A stretch of 60,373 nucleotides of DNA, counting the filler. It is 6 parts of 6 records of this genome, joined end to end, with 100 filler letters (N's around TTAATTAATTAA, not from the genome) between each part and the next. Parts side by side here need not be neighbours in the genome. Positions count along the whole stretch, not along the records: positions 8,727 to 16,904 come from SRR20825019_206; positions 17,005 to 27,250 come from SRR20825019_211; 4 more parts are not named here. The stretch is one strand, 5' to 3'. Position 1 is the stretch's first letter; every line of letters starts with the position of its first letter. The translations under genes were made by a program, and so were the position numbers. Positions 13,578 to 23,314 of the stretch are shown one piece after another. The notes beneath the pieces are model-generated. The model was not told the origin of the DNA, ran no database searches, and worked only from the letters and a program-made list of their open reading frames with translations.

Positions 13578-16500
13578 CTAATATCCCGGACCTCGTCGTC
13601 GGCTACCACTCATAGGCGTCCTAGGCACCCCATTGCCAATGATAGTACCGGGTGTGGATGCTGCCGATGTACGAGCTAGATACGCAGCCGCAACTCGTTG
13701 TGCGGGGACAGAGTCCTCGAAGGGCGCAAAGACTGCCGATACTAGTTCGGCATCGTAGTTATCAAGGACTTGCCTACGGGTCACCATGGAGGAGGATGCT
13801 GATGAGGACGTCGGCCTTCCACCACCACCTCGACGGGAGGCGGATCCAGGTGATGTGGGTGGGGAGAAGCCGCTCTGGGGGTTGGGGGAGCGGAAGCCGC
13901 GGTCGGAGTAGGGGGAGGCAATGTGGTGGGGGTTGGTGCGGTACTGCTCATCATCACCATCATAATCGTCACCATCGTAATGATTATCATCGTCGGCGGG
14001 GTTGTGTACAATGACCTCCTTACCATGGCTCTTGAGTAGCACTTGTGAGGCCCGTAACCTTGCCCTTTGTGCAAACGGCACACAGAACTCCTCCCACAAA
14101 ATCTTCCCCGTACCCCTCACATCAAGGGTCTCCTTCCACCTTACAAAATGTTCATGGCTTGTAAGGGTAGCACCATGGGTCCACTGGAATAGCTGATCAA
14201 TCTCCTCGTCGGAAAGGGGTCCAGACACGACCGGCCTCAAAGACACCCACGCCCCCCTAAGTCCCTCCAACTCATAAAGGGTGAGGCCATCCAGCATCTT
14301 GTAGGGTTCGGTGGACGCGTACTTTTGTGCTTCCTTGCGGACCACTCTCAGCAGTGCCTCTGTATCCTTGGAGGAGAGGGTAGAGGTGACGCCTCTGACA
14401 GTACTGTTGTCTGCAGAGGGGGCATCGAACATTTCTTGGTCAGCGAGAGCATCATACTCATCCTCCCCCTCATCCTCATTGCCATTATTATCGTTCCCAT
14501 CATCGCTATAGTCATCAGCAATTCGGCCACTCATCTTGCTCCGCCGGGAGGCTTGCTTTTGCTTCTTGAGGTCTTGGATGCGGGCCTTCTTCTTCTCTTC
14601 TAGAAGGCGTCGACGAGTAGCAGGAGACTTCTGGGAGGTGTGGTTGTTGTGAAGGAATGATTGGAAGAGGTTGTACAACGCCTCGGGAGATAATCTACCA
14701 GCAGCACTTGTAAATTGATCCAACTTCGCGAATTGTAGTCGTTGTAGCTCGACTGGATCGCCTGCCTGTTCGGCCTCCTCGGGGGTGAGTAGCCGTGGGT
14801 CGGTACCAACACCACGACCCCTACCGCCCTTTCGTAAGTATGGGAAGTATGTATCGACCACATCCTCAAAGCTCATAGGATCATTCCTGTCAATGAAGTC
14901 TTGGGCCTCCGTCATGGCCACCTGATCCTCGGGGAAAACGCTATTTATAAAATGTAGCACCTCCTCACCCTCCAACTCCCCAGTACCGTCAGCATCAGCC
15001 TTCTTAAACTCGCGTTTTAAGGAATTTAGCTCAGCGGCAGTCAGGGGCTTGACGGGGGCGCGGGGGTCGTTGCGGTAGGAGCGACGACCTGCAGCAGAGG
15101 CAGCCTCGCGTCGAGAGAGTGCACAGTACACAATACCACAGACGGCAGCAATGAGCATGATGAAGCCGATAATGACACCAACAATGGAAGCAGGGAGGAC
15201 GCGATCTTTGGCGAAGGACTGCCACTCGGGTAGGCATGCATCAGGGTTACGGTTTTCGATGTCGCAGTTCTCGGGACAGTAGGCGTTGGGGGTTGGGACG
15301 CACCCATAGTAGTAGCCACTGCAGCCGAGGAAGGACTGCAAGGAGCAGATGCGACTAGGGTTCTCTCGGGCCTGCTTCTGCCACTGCTCGGCAAACACCT
15401 CCACCACGCTATCCGTCTCCCGGTTGACAACAAGATGGAGGGCTGCGACGGACATGGCGAACATGCAAACTGCAAAGACGATCATGACGATGCTGCAGAT
15501 GATGGAGAGTATGGAGAGACGGAAGGCGGCAGCTGAGAAGAGAAGGAGTGCAATAACATACACAAAGATGGCTATGACGAGGAGACCGACAAATAGACCA
15601 GCTCCAAAGACGGTCAGTTGCTCAATGTAGCCTACGAAGAAGGCGACAAGGAGGATAACAGCGACGATGACGAGGAAGCTGGTGACCATCGCCAACACCC
15701 ATGTAGCCTTGTTGCAGGTGGATTCCTCGAAGACGGGCTGGGGGTTGTTCTGAGTCCGAATACACGACACTACAATCGCAGCAACCAGCACAATAGCTGC
15801 CACAAGCGCCATTACGACGACAGCGGCGACGAGTGCCTTTTGGGCATCCTCGTTGGTGAGGTCGGACTCAATGACGGCGTTATACAGACTGATGATGGTG
15901 GAATTCTGGCTGCAGTCCCCACGATCGTCTGAGGTAGCGGATGCGGTGCATGTTCCACAATAGGTGTACTCCACCCCAGTCGACGCCGTACACTTATAAT
16001 TACTGTCCCCACACGTATCACCGGCGGTTTTGAGTAGGATGGTGTAGGTGATGGTTTGTGTCATGGTAGGGGGGCGAATACCGCTACTACCAGACCCCCT
16101 TCGTACTAGGGCAGTGTTGTCGGTAATAGTGGCAGTGACAAGGGTTGTGCGCTGCTTGAGGGTCGAACCTAAGATTTTGGCAGATGGGGACCCCTCTAGG
16201 GTAGATCCGTCGGGCATCGACCACTTCACCGTCACATTATCATTAAACAAAATAAATCTGTGATTTAATGTGAGGGTGGTGATATCGGTGGCGGCGAGGT
16301 AGATGTGGAGGGAAGGGTGGGGACAGTGAGGCGCTGTCATGTCAACGTACACACTAGTAGAAGTTGGAGTAGTAGAGGTACGTGCCACGGCGGTATCCCC
16401 TCCGAATAGTTGGGTAACCATTGCGTCCTTGCATACAGGGCACATCTCAGGGGCTAGCTGATCCTTCATGATGCATTTCTTCTCATTTGTAGGGCGGTAG

Positions 16501-16904
16501 TAATTATCATAGGAGCAACCCTTCGATGGGATGGCATCCACCAATCCTGCAGAGATGTACTGGGACCATTGCACAGCAGTAGCGTCATTGGTGGTAGCGC
16601 AGTTGGGAAGGTTGTATTGATTTCCGCCGACGGGATCACTGTATCCATAGCTATACTCGTCCCCTAGATTACCAACAGCATGGCCGACCTCATGTAGAAG
16701 TAGGAAGGGTAGGTTATCGGAGTTGGTAGTGAGGGAGGCGAAATTGAGACTTCCGGTACCCCCATAGTCCTCCTCGTTGACTAGGACGATAATGATATCC
16801 ATGGCGGGGGCGAAGGATGCGAGGGCCTTAGAGAGCTCATAGCTACAGGAGAGGCGACTAGGCTGTGGTGTACCGAAGGCACATGCAAGATTGTTATTGA
16901 CAGA
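13578..16904 (-). CDS. Membrane protein: peptidase M64 (IgA peptidase-like) domain + beta-rich linker + TM + tetraspanin-like 4TM + EF-hands; 5' truncated
   Basis: The frame stays open upstream of 16802 to the contig end. IIVLVNEEDYGG, HEVGHAVGNLGDEY (16694-16653) and YYRP..CIM...MCPVC are M64-type motifs. About 5 TM segments; Cys-rich loop LQSFLGCSG...C..C...C. EF-hand loops DADGTGELEGEE (14996-14961) and DVRGTGKILWEE. Confidence 0.8.
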   Translation of the reverse strand, partial: SVNNNLACAFGTPQPSRLSCSYELSKALASFAPAMDIIIVLVNEEDYGGTGSLNFASLTTNSDNLPFLLLHEVGHAVGNLGDEYSYGYSDPVGGNQYNLPNCATTNDATAVQWSQYISAGLVDAIPSKGCSYDNYYRPTNEKKCIMKDQLAPEMCPVCKDAMVTQLFGGDTAVARTSTTPTSTSVYVDMTAPHCPHPSLHIYLAATDITTLTLNHRFILFNDNVTVKWSMPDGSTLEGSPSAKILGSTLKQRTTLVTATITDNTALVRRGSGSSGIRPPTMTQTITYTILLKTAGDTCGDSNYKCTASTGVEYTYCGTCTASATSDDRGDCSQNSTIISLYNAVIESDLTNEDAQKALVAAVVVMALVAAIVLVAAIVVSCIRTQNNPQPVFEESTCNKATWVLAMVTSFLVIVAVILLVAFFVGYIEQLTVFGAGLFVGLLVIAIFVYVIALLLFSAAAFRLSILSIICSIVMIVFAVCMFAMSVAALHLVVNRETDSVVEVFAEQWQKQARENPSRICSLQSFLGCSGYYYGCVPTPNAYCPENCDIENRNPDACLPEWQSFAKDRVLPASIVGVIIGFIMLIAAVCGIVYCALSRREAASAAGRRSYRNDPRAPVKPLTAAELNSLKREFKKADADGTGELEGEEVLHFINSVFPEDQVAMTEAQDFIDRNDPMSFEDVVDTYFPYLRKGGRGRGVGTDPRLLTPEEAEQAGDPVELQRLQFAKLDQFTSAAGRLSPEALYNLFQSFLHNNHTSQKSPATRRRLLEEKKKARIQDLKKQKQASRRSKMSGRIADDYSDDGNDNNGNEDEGEDEYDALADQEMFDAPSADNSTVRGVTSTLSSKDTEALLRVVRKEAQKYASTEPYKMLDGLTLYELEGLRGAWVSLRPVVSGPLSDEEIDQLFQWTHGATLTSHEHFVRWKETLDVRGTGKILWEEFCVPFAQRARLRASQVLLKSHGKEVIVHNPADDDNHYDGDDYDGDDEQYRTNPHHIASPYSDRGFRSPNPQSGFSPPTSPGSASRRGGGGRPTSSSASSSMVTRRQVLDNYDAELVSAVFAPFEDSVPAQRVAAAYLARTSAASTPGTIIGNGVPRTPMSGSRRRGPGY

Positions 16905-17004
16905 NNNNNNNNNNNNNNNNNNNNNNNNNNNNNNNNNNNNNNNNNNNNTTAATTAATTAANNNNNNNNNNNNNNNNNNNNNNNNNNNNNNNNNNNNNNNN
17001 NNNN
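16905..17004. other. Artificial contig linker
   Basis: N-run/TTAATTAATTAA/N-run; composition jumps to AT-rich bacterial DNA. Confidence 0.99.
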
Positions 17005-17104
17005 AAAAAAAACATTAACTTGGTCGATGTTTTCATATTAAAACCTGTATAAATTTCATTTAATCATTAATTTAAATCACATAGAATGAATCCTATTTAA
17101 AAAA

Positions 17105-17120
17105 ATGTGCACGTACACAT
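17105..17120. promoter_or_regulatory. Candidate transcription-factor operator (LacI-like, CG-centred palindrome)
   Basis: ATGTGCACGTACACAT matches its reverse complement at 14/16 positions and lies 30 bp upstream of the susC ATG in otherwise AT-rich DNA. Confidence 0.5.
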
Positions 17121-17149
17121 AAAAACTAACTCTAATAAAACTTAAAATT

Positions 17150-20100
17150 ATGAAACACTTAAAACACCATGCATTGCATAATTCTAGTCCCTTTTTTAGG
17201 TATAAGAATCTATCTTTGCTATTTTTTATTATTAGTATAGGAATCGCCACACCCCTATCCGCATCTCCGCTTCAAGAGATTGATGTAACAGGAACCGTTA
17301 TGGATGCTGAGGGCTTCCCGCTTCCTGGTGCTACTATTATTGAAAAAGGAACTCAAAACGGAACTCAAACAGATTTTGATGGTAATTTTCAATTATCTGT
17401 TTCCAATAAAAATGCTACGCTAGTTGTATCGTTTGTTGGTTTTTCTACTAAAGAAGTTCCCCTTTCAAACCAAAAAAATCTAACAATTACTTTAGAAACA
17501 GATGCAGCAGCTTTAGATGAAGTAGTTGTAATAGGTTACGGAACTCAAAAGAAAACAGATGTAACAGGCGCTATCTCTTCAATTTCTGGAGAAGATATAA
17601 ATTCTACCAAAGAAGGAAATGCTTTTAACGCCATGGCTGGTAAGGTTGCTGGTTTAGATGTTGGCGTAACAAATGCTTCGCCAGGATCATCGCCAAGCTT
17701 ATTGATTAGAGGAAGAAGTTCCCTTAATTTTTCTAATGAGCCTCTAATTGTTGTAGATGGAATTCCTATGGAAGGAAGTTTAAACGACATAAACTCTGCT
17801 GATATTGCTTCTATGGAAGTATTAAAAGACGCTTCTTCTACTGCTATTTATGGAGCAAGAGGAGCAAATGGGGTTATCTTAATTACAACAAAAAGAGGGA
17901 AAACTGGAAAAGCCAAATTTACTTATGATACTTATTACGGTTTTGCAGAAGTACCAGAAAATTACAAACTTCTTGATTCCGATGGTTATGTAAGTCTAAG
18001 ACGTGAAGCAAGAAGAGCTGGACAAGAAGAAGAGCAAGGACTTATTCCGGGCACATTACCTTTACCCTCTATTGAAAGCTCTCTAGAACCGCTTCAATTA
18101 GCTGCATATCAAGATGGGGTTAATACAGATTTCCTTGATTTAGGAACTCGTGCAGGACAACAGGTTAATCACCAATTAGGCGTTTCTGGGGGTTCAGAAA
18201 AAATAAGATACAACCTTTCTTTGAGTTATTTTGATCAAAACGGGGTTTATAATTTAGCAGATTATGAGCGTTACACTTTTAGAGCCAATCTCGATATTAA
18301 TGCTACCGATAAATTAAAAATAGGTTTATCTCAACAGGCAAATTTTTCAAAAACAAACAATTACAATCCTTTAGCAGATTTAATGAGCCAGCCTCCTCTT
18401 GTTACTCCTTTTGATGAAGATGGGGTTGCCACACTGGATCCATTAGCTGACGGACTTAATTGGAATCCTTTGAGTAATGAAACTCCTGGAAATTATATTG
18501 ATGAAACTATAAATTACCGCTACTTTGCAAATATTTTTGCTAGTTATCAAATTCTAGATGGATTAAAATATACCTTAAATGTTCAACCTCAGTTTGAATC
18601 GCTTACCGATAATGATTTCCGCGCTTCTCTTTCAGATAGCCGTACAGGCGGACTTTCACAAGCTTCAAAAGCAACAAGGGTAAATACAGCTTATACTATT
18701 GAGAATATCTTAAATTATTCAAAAATGATTGGCGACAATCATTCTATTGACGCTACCTTCCTCTACAGTTTTCAAGAAACTAAAAGAGATTATTTATACT
18801 TACAGGTTTCTGGACTTGCAAACGACAGTCAGACATTTAACAATTTAAGTGATGGCTCTCAAGTAGACAATCGTGATAGTTCTTTACAGACCGAAGGTTG
18901 GGTTTCTTACATGAGTCGTATTAATTATGGTTTTAAAAACAAGTATCTCCTTACACTTACTGGTCGTTATGATGGTTCTTCAAAATTGTCTAAAGGAAAA
19001 AAATGGGGCTTCTTCCCTTCTGCTTCTTTTGCATGGAGAATTATTCAAGAGGATTTCCTAAAAAACCAAACTGTTCTAAGCGATCTTAAACTTAGAACTG
19101 GTTACGGGCAGGTAGGTCGTAATCCAATTGCTCCCTACGCTACCTTTGGAAGCATTAAAAGATTAGAAAACTCTTTTGGTGGAAATCCTGCTTTTGGTTT
19201 TCAACCAGAAGACATTGCAAATCCAGATCTTAAATGGGAAACCACTACCACTTTTGACATCGGTTTAGATTATGCTTTTGCTAAAAATAGAATTGCGGGG
19301 AGTATTGATTATTACACAGGAAAAACAACCGATTTATTATTAAATAGAGTTTTACCTTCTACTTCTGGATATTCTTCTATTCTTCAAAATGTTGGAGAAA
19401 CTAAAAACTCTGGGATTGAATTAACATTAAGTACTGTTAATATTGAAACTGATAAGTTTAGATGGACAACCGATTTTAATTTTTCAGCTAATAAAAGTGA
19501 AATCGTAAAACTTTTGGATAGCCAATCGGATGATGTTGGAAATGGATGGTTTATTGGGCAGCCATTAAGTGTTTATTACGACCGAGTTTTTAACGGAATC
19601 TGGCAGCTTGATGAAAATGATGTTGCAAACAGCTACGGAAGAAGACCGGGAGATATAAAACTTGCCGATTTAAATAACGATGGAATGCTTAATGATGATG
19701 ACCGAAAAATATTAGGGCAATTAGACCCAAAATGGATTGGTGGTTTTACCAGTAAAATGGAGTATTCAGGTTTTGATTTTTTAGTAACACTTTATACACG
19801 CCAAGGAAACTTAACTCGCTCACGAGCATTAGAAAATGTAACAATTTTTGGTAGAAATAACGATTTAGACCTTAATTATTGGACTCCAGAAAACCCAAGT
19901 AACGAATATCCACGTCCTAATATTAACAGAGAAAGACCATTGGATAATGGTGTGTTAAGTTATGTAGATGCTTCATTTGTAAGAATCCGAAACATTACAT
20001 TTGGTTATACACTTAACAAAGAAGTAAGCGAGATTTTAGGTTTGGAAAGATTGCGTTTGTACGCTTCTGCACAAAACCCATTCCTATTTACAAAATCTGA

Positions 20101-20191
20101 TCTGAAAGGTTTTGATCCTGAACTTGGTAGTGGTGATAATTTTATAGCATCGCCAAGAACCATTTTATTTGGTTTAAACGTTGCTTTTTAA
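17150..20191 (+). CDS. susC: SusC/RagA TonB-dependent outer-membrane transporter
   Basis: VTGTV..GFPLPGATI N-domain, LDEVVVIGYGTQKK, VLKDASSTAIYGARGANGVILITTKRG plug signature, NPDLKWETT, C-terminal Phe. Confidence 0.97.
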   Translation: MKHLKHHALHNSSPFFRYKNLSLLFFIISIGIATPLSASPLQEIDVTGTVMDAEGFPLPGATIIEKGTQNGTQTDFDGNFQLSVSNKNATLVVSFVGFSTKEVPLSNQKNLTITLETDAAALDEVVVIGYGTQKKTDVTGAISSISGEDINSTKEGNAFNAMAGKVAGLDVGVTNASPGSSPSLLIRGRSSLNFSNEPLIVVDGIPMEGSLNDINSADIASMEVLKDASSTAIYGARGANGVILITTKRGKTGKAKFTYDTYYGFAEVPENYKLLDSDGYVSLRREARRAGQEEEQGLIPGTLPLPSIESSLEPLQLAAYQDGVNTDFLDLGTRAGQQVNHQLGVSGGSEKIRYNLSLSYFDQNGVYNLADYERYTFRANLDINATDKLKIGLSQQANFSKTNNYNPLADLMSQPPLVTPFDEDGVATLDPLADGLNWNPLSNETPGNYIDETINYRYFANIFASYQILDGLKYTLNVQPQFESLTDNDFRASLSDSRTGGLSQASKATRVNTAYTIENILNYSKMIGDNHSIDATFLYSFQETKRDYLYLQVSGLANDSQTFNNLSDGSQVDNRDSSLQTEGWVSYMSRINYGFKNKYLLTLTGRYDGSSKLSKGKKWGFFPSASFAWRIIQEDFLKNQTVLSDLKLRTGYGQVGRNPIAPYATFGSIKRLENSFGGNPAFGFQPEDIANPDLKWETTTTFDIGLDYAFAKNRIAGSIDYYTGKTTDLLLNRVLPSTSGYSSILQNVGETKNSGIELTLSTVNIETDKFRWTTDFNFSANKSEIVKLLDSQSDDVGNGWFIGQPLSVYYDRVFNGIWQLDENDVANSYGRRPGDIKLADLNNDGMLNDDDRKILGQLDPKWIGGFTSKMEYSGFDFLVTLYTRQGNLTRSRALENVTIFGRNNDLDLNYWTPENPSNEYPRPNINRERPLDNGVLSYVDASFVRIRNITFGYTLNKEVSEILGLERLRLYASAQNPFLFTKSDLKGFDPELGSGDNFIASPRTILFGLNVAF

Positions 20192-20211
20192 AGAAATTAA
20201 ATAAAATAGTC

Positions 20212-21819
20212 ATGAAAAAAAATATACTATACATATTCGCATTAATCTCACTCATTTCTTGTAGTGATATTTTAGATGAAGAACTTACAGGCGACCTAAC
20301 GGGCGATGGAGTTTTTATAGATGAAGAAGGAATCAACTTCGCCTTAAACGGAGCATATGCATCCCTTGGGCTCTTTATAGGAAACAGCCCAGATGGCAGA
20401 GACGGCACTAATAGAGAAACCGGATGGACGCTTATTGCCTTTGGAACAGACACCTATACAAACGCATCAGACGGTGGCTTTAAATATTTTAATACCTATG
20501 ATTCCGACCTTAATGCTAGCTCCCAAATTGTAAGTGAGTCTTGGAATGAATTCTATAAAGGAATTAATGCTGCCAATACAGTTATTAGCAGAGCGCCAGA
20601 GGCAATCCCTAATAACCAGCAGAAACTCACAGAAGTTCTTGCTGAAGCTCGCTTTTTAAGAGCCTACTATTATTATTGGTTGGCTCGTATATGGGGACCT
20701 GTCCATTATACTGATGAAGAAACCACAACAGCCGAAACAGAAGCTCATAGAATGGCTTTAGATGAATTGTATCCAAAAATAATTGAAGATTTGGAGTACG
20801 CAGAAGCAAATTTACCAGGAGTTCAAGACGATTTTGGAAGGGCTACTTCTTGGGCAGCAAAAGCCACTTTAGCCGATTTGTATCTTACACGAAAAAATTA
20901 CGATCTTGCAGCTAGTTATGCTGAAGATATTATAGATAAAGGACCATTTTCTTTGGTAAGTACGTATGCAGAACTATGGAATCTTGAAAATGAAGAAAAT
21001 AGTGAAGTAATTTGGTCTACACAATTTGCAGACGAATTAGAGTACGATAACGGCGGAAACCCTGCACATCTTTTCTTTCTAATGGAGTACGACAAATTAC
21101 CAGGAATGCAAAGAGATGTTGTTAACGGAAGACCATGGAAAAGGTTTAGACCTACAAATTATTTATTAAATTTATACGATATGGAAGATCAAAGGTACGA
21201 TGGCACATTTACAACGGTATTTTATGCAAATAATCCAGATTCTGCTCCTTCAGGAGTAGCTGTTGGAGATACTGCTGTATACCTACCTCGTGTACCTTTA
21301 TCTCAAGCTGAAAAAGATACTAAACCTTATGGAGCAAGTATTTATAATCAAGATGAATATACCGAGAAAATATATCCTTCTAGCAAAAAATGGGTACAAC
21401 CAAACAGAGTCTCTACAAATGAAGAATCTGGAAGTAGAGATTTTATAGCGTATCGTCTAGCGGAGATCTATTTAATTGCTGCTGAAGCATATGCTTTAAA
21501 AGCAACTCCCAATCAAACTAAAGCTCTTTACTATCTAGACGAAGTACGCAAAAGAGCTTATGGAGTAGATAACGTATCCGATTTGCCAGTTATTTCTGCA
21601 GTAGACCTTAATGTTATTCTTGAAGAAAGAGCAAAAGAGTTGGCTCAAGAAGGAAAAAGATGGTTTGATTTAGTGCGTACCGGAAAACTAGTAGAACGCG
21701 TAAAAATGCACAACCCACAGGCCGCTTCTTTTATTCAAGAGTATCATAGTTTACGACCTATACCTTTAACACAAATAGATAGAACCTCTAACGAATTTCC
21801 ACAAAACCCCGGATATTAA
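20212..21819 (+). CDS. susD: SusD/RagB glycan-binding lipoprotein
   Basis: Lipobox LISC; EARFLRAYYY, RLAEIYLIAAEA, ILEERAKELAQEGKRWFDLVR, C-terminal QNPGY; directly follows susC. Confidence 0.96.
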   Translation: MKKNILYIFALISLISCSDILDEELTGDLTGDGVFIDEEGINFALNGAYASLGLFIGNSPDGRDGTNRETGWTLIAFGTDTYTNASDGGFKYFNTYDSDLNASSQIVSESWNEFYKGINAANTVISRAPEAIPNNQQKLTEVLAEARFLRAYYYYWLARIWGPVHYTDEETTTAETEAHRMALDELYPKIIEDLEYAEANLPGVQDDFGRATSWAAKATLADLYLTRKNYDLAASYAEDIIDKGPFSLVSTYAELWNLENEENSEVIWSTQFADELEYDNGGNPAHLFFLMEYDKLPGMQRDVVNGRPWKRFRPTNYLLNLYDMEDQRYDGTFTTVFYANNPDSAPSGVAVGDTAVYLPRVPLSQAEKDTKPYGASIYNQDEYTEKIYPSSKKWVQPNRVSTNEESGSRDFIAYRLAEIYLIAAEAYALKATPNQTKALYYLDEVRKRAYGVDNVSDLPVISAVDLNVILEERAKELAQEGKRWFDLVRTGKLVERVKMHNPQAASFIQEYHSLRPIPLTQIDRTSNEFPQNPGY

Positions 21820-21836
21820 TATTCAAAACATGAAAA

Positions 21837-21895
21837 TTTAATGAAACATCCATGATTAACAATAAAACTTACTATAATTTGGATGTTTCATTAAA
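21837..21895 (+). terminator. Perfect 16-bp inverted repeat (stem-loop) between susD and the DUF1080 gene; partial terminator or mRNA stabiliser
   Basis: TTTAATGAAACATCCA (21837-21852) / TGGATGTTTCATTAAA (21880-21895), 27-nt loop, no U-tract after it. Confidence 0.55.
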
Positions 21896-21921
21896 CCATT
21901 AAAAACAATAAATACAAACAA

Positions 21922-23304
21922 ATGAAATTAAGAGTTAAAAATTACCAACTTTATGCCTTAGCTATTGGTCTTACCATTGGATTATCAAGCTGCCAAGAGA
22001 GCGCCCCAAAAGACAACACTCCTTGGACTCCATTGTTTAATGGAGAAAATCTAAATGGCTGGACTCAAAAAGGAGGGGAAGCTAAATACAGAGTCGAAGA
22101 CGGAAAAGTTATTGGTAGTACAGTCCATAATACTCCAAACTCGTTTATGACTACCAATAAAATGTATGACGATTTTATATTAGAACTCGATTATAAAGTA
22201 GATTCTACTATGAATTCTGGAATTCAAATCCGCAGTAACAGCACTCCTCAATATCAAAACGGACGCGTACATGGGTATCAAATAGAAATTGATCCTTCAG
22301 ATAGAGCATGGAGCGCTGGTATTTATGACGAAGGTAGACGTGGTTGGCTTTTCCCTATTGAAAATGATAAAAATGCACAACAAGCATTTAAACAAGGAGA
22401 TTGGAATCATTACCGAATTGAAGCTATTGGAGATACTATAAAAACATGGATTAATGGAGTTCCGGCAGCACATTTAATTGACGGGAAAACACACTCCGGA
22501 TTCATAGCATTACAAGTGCATTCCATTGGAAAAGATGCTAAAGAAGGTACAGAAATTATGTGGAAAAATGTAAATATTCTTACCGATAGTTTAAGTAAAT
22601 ACAGTACAAAAACTCCTGTAGAACCTGTAGTCACTAAAAATAATTTAACCATAGACGAAAAGAAAAATGGTTGGGAAATGCTTTGGGACGGAAAAACTTC
22701 TAATGGATGGAGAGGCGCAAAACTTGAAGAATTTCCAGATAAAGGTTGGGTTATTGAAAACGGTATCTTAACTATAATGGAAAGTGATGGAAAAGAATCT
22801 GCTGCAGCAGGAGATATTGTAACAAAAAAACTATATCAAGATTTTGAGCTTAAAGTAGATTTTAAACTTACAAAAGGAGCTAATAGCGGTATTAAATATT
22901 ATGTTGATACTGAAATTAATAAAGGGCCAGGCTCCTCTATTGGTTTGGAATATCAAATTCTTGACGACGATAATCATCCAGATGCTAAATTAGGAAATCA
23001 CGACGGAAGTAGAACTGTAGCTTCTTTGTATGATTTAATTCAGGCAGATCCAAACAAACCAATCCACCCTGTTGGAGAATGGAATACTGCTAGAATTGTT
23101 TCAAAAGACAATCATGTGGAGCATTGGTTAAACGGAGTAAAAGTGCTTGAATATGAAAGAGGAAGTAAAGAGTATCGTAAACTGGTTTCAGAAAGTAAAT
23201 ATAAAAAATGGAAGAAATTTGGAGAGCTTGAAAAAGGAAGTATTCTTTTACAAGATCATGGAAATCGTGTTTCATATAAAAATATTAAAATTAAATCCTT
23301 ATAA
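21922..23304 (+). CDS. Lipoprotein with two DUF1080 (3-keto-glycoside hydrolase/hydratase family) domains
   Basis: Lipobox LSSC; two repeats of W..LF/WxG....GW, NSGI, GxQ/EYQI, WN, GxIxLQxH. Confidence 0.9.
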   Translation: MKLRVKNYQLYALAIGLTIGLSSCQESAPKDNTPWTPLFNGENLNGWTQKGGEAKYRVEDGKVIGSTVHNTPNSFMTTNKMYDDFILELDYKVDSTMNSGIQIRSNSTPQYQNGRVHGYQIEIDPSDRAWSAGIYDEGRRGWLFPIENDKNAQQAFKQGDWNHYRIEAIGDTIKTWINGVPAAHLIDGKTHSGFIALQVHSIGKDAKEGTEIMWKNVNILTDSLSKYSTKTPVEPVVTKNNLTIDEKKNGWEMLWDGKTSNGWRGAKLEEFPDKGWVIENGILTIMESDGKESAAAGDIVTKKLYQDFELKVDFKLTKGANSGIKYYVDTEINKGPGSSIGLEYQILDDDNHPDAKLGNHDGSRTVASLYDLIQADPNKPIHPVGEWNTARIVSKDNHVEHWLNGVKVLEYERGSKEYRKLVSESKYKKWKKFGELEKGSILLQDHGNRVSYKNIKIKSL

Positions 23305-23314
23305 ACCCTAAATA

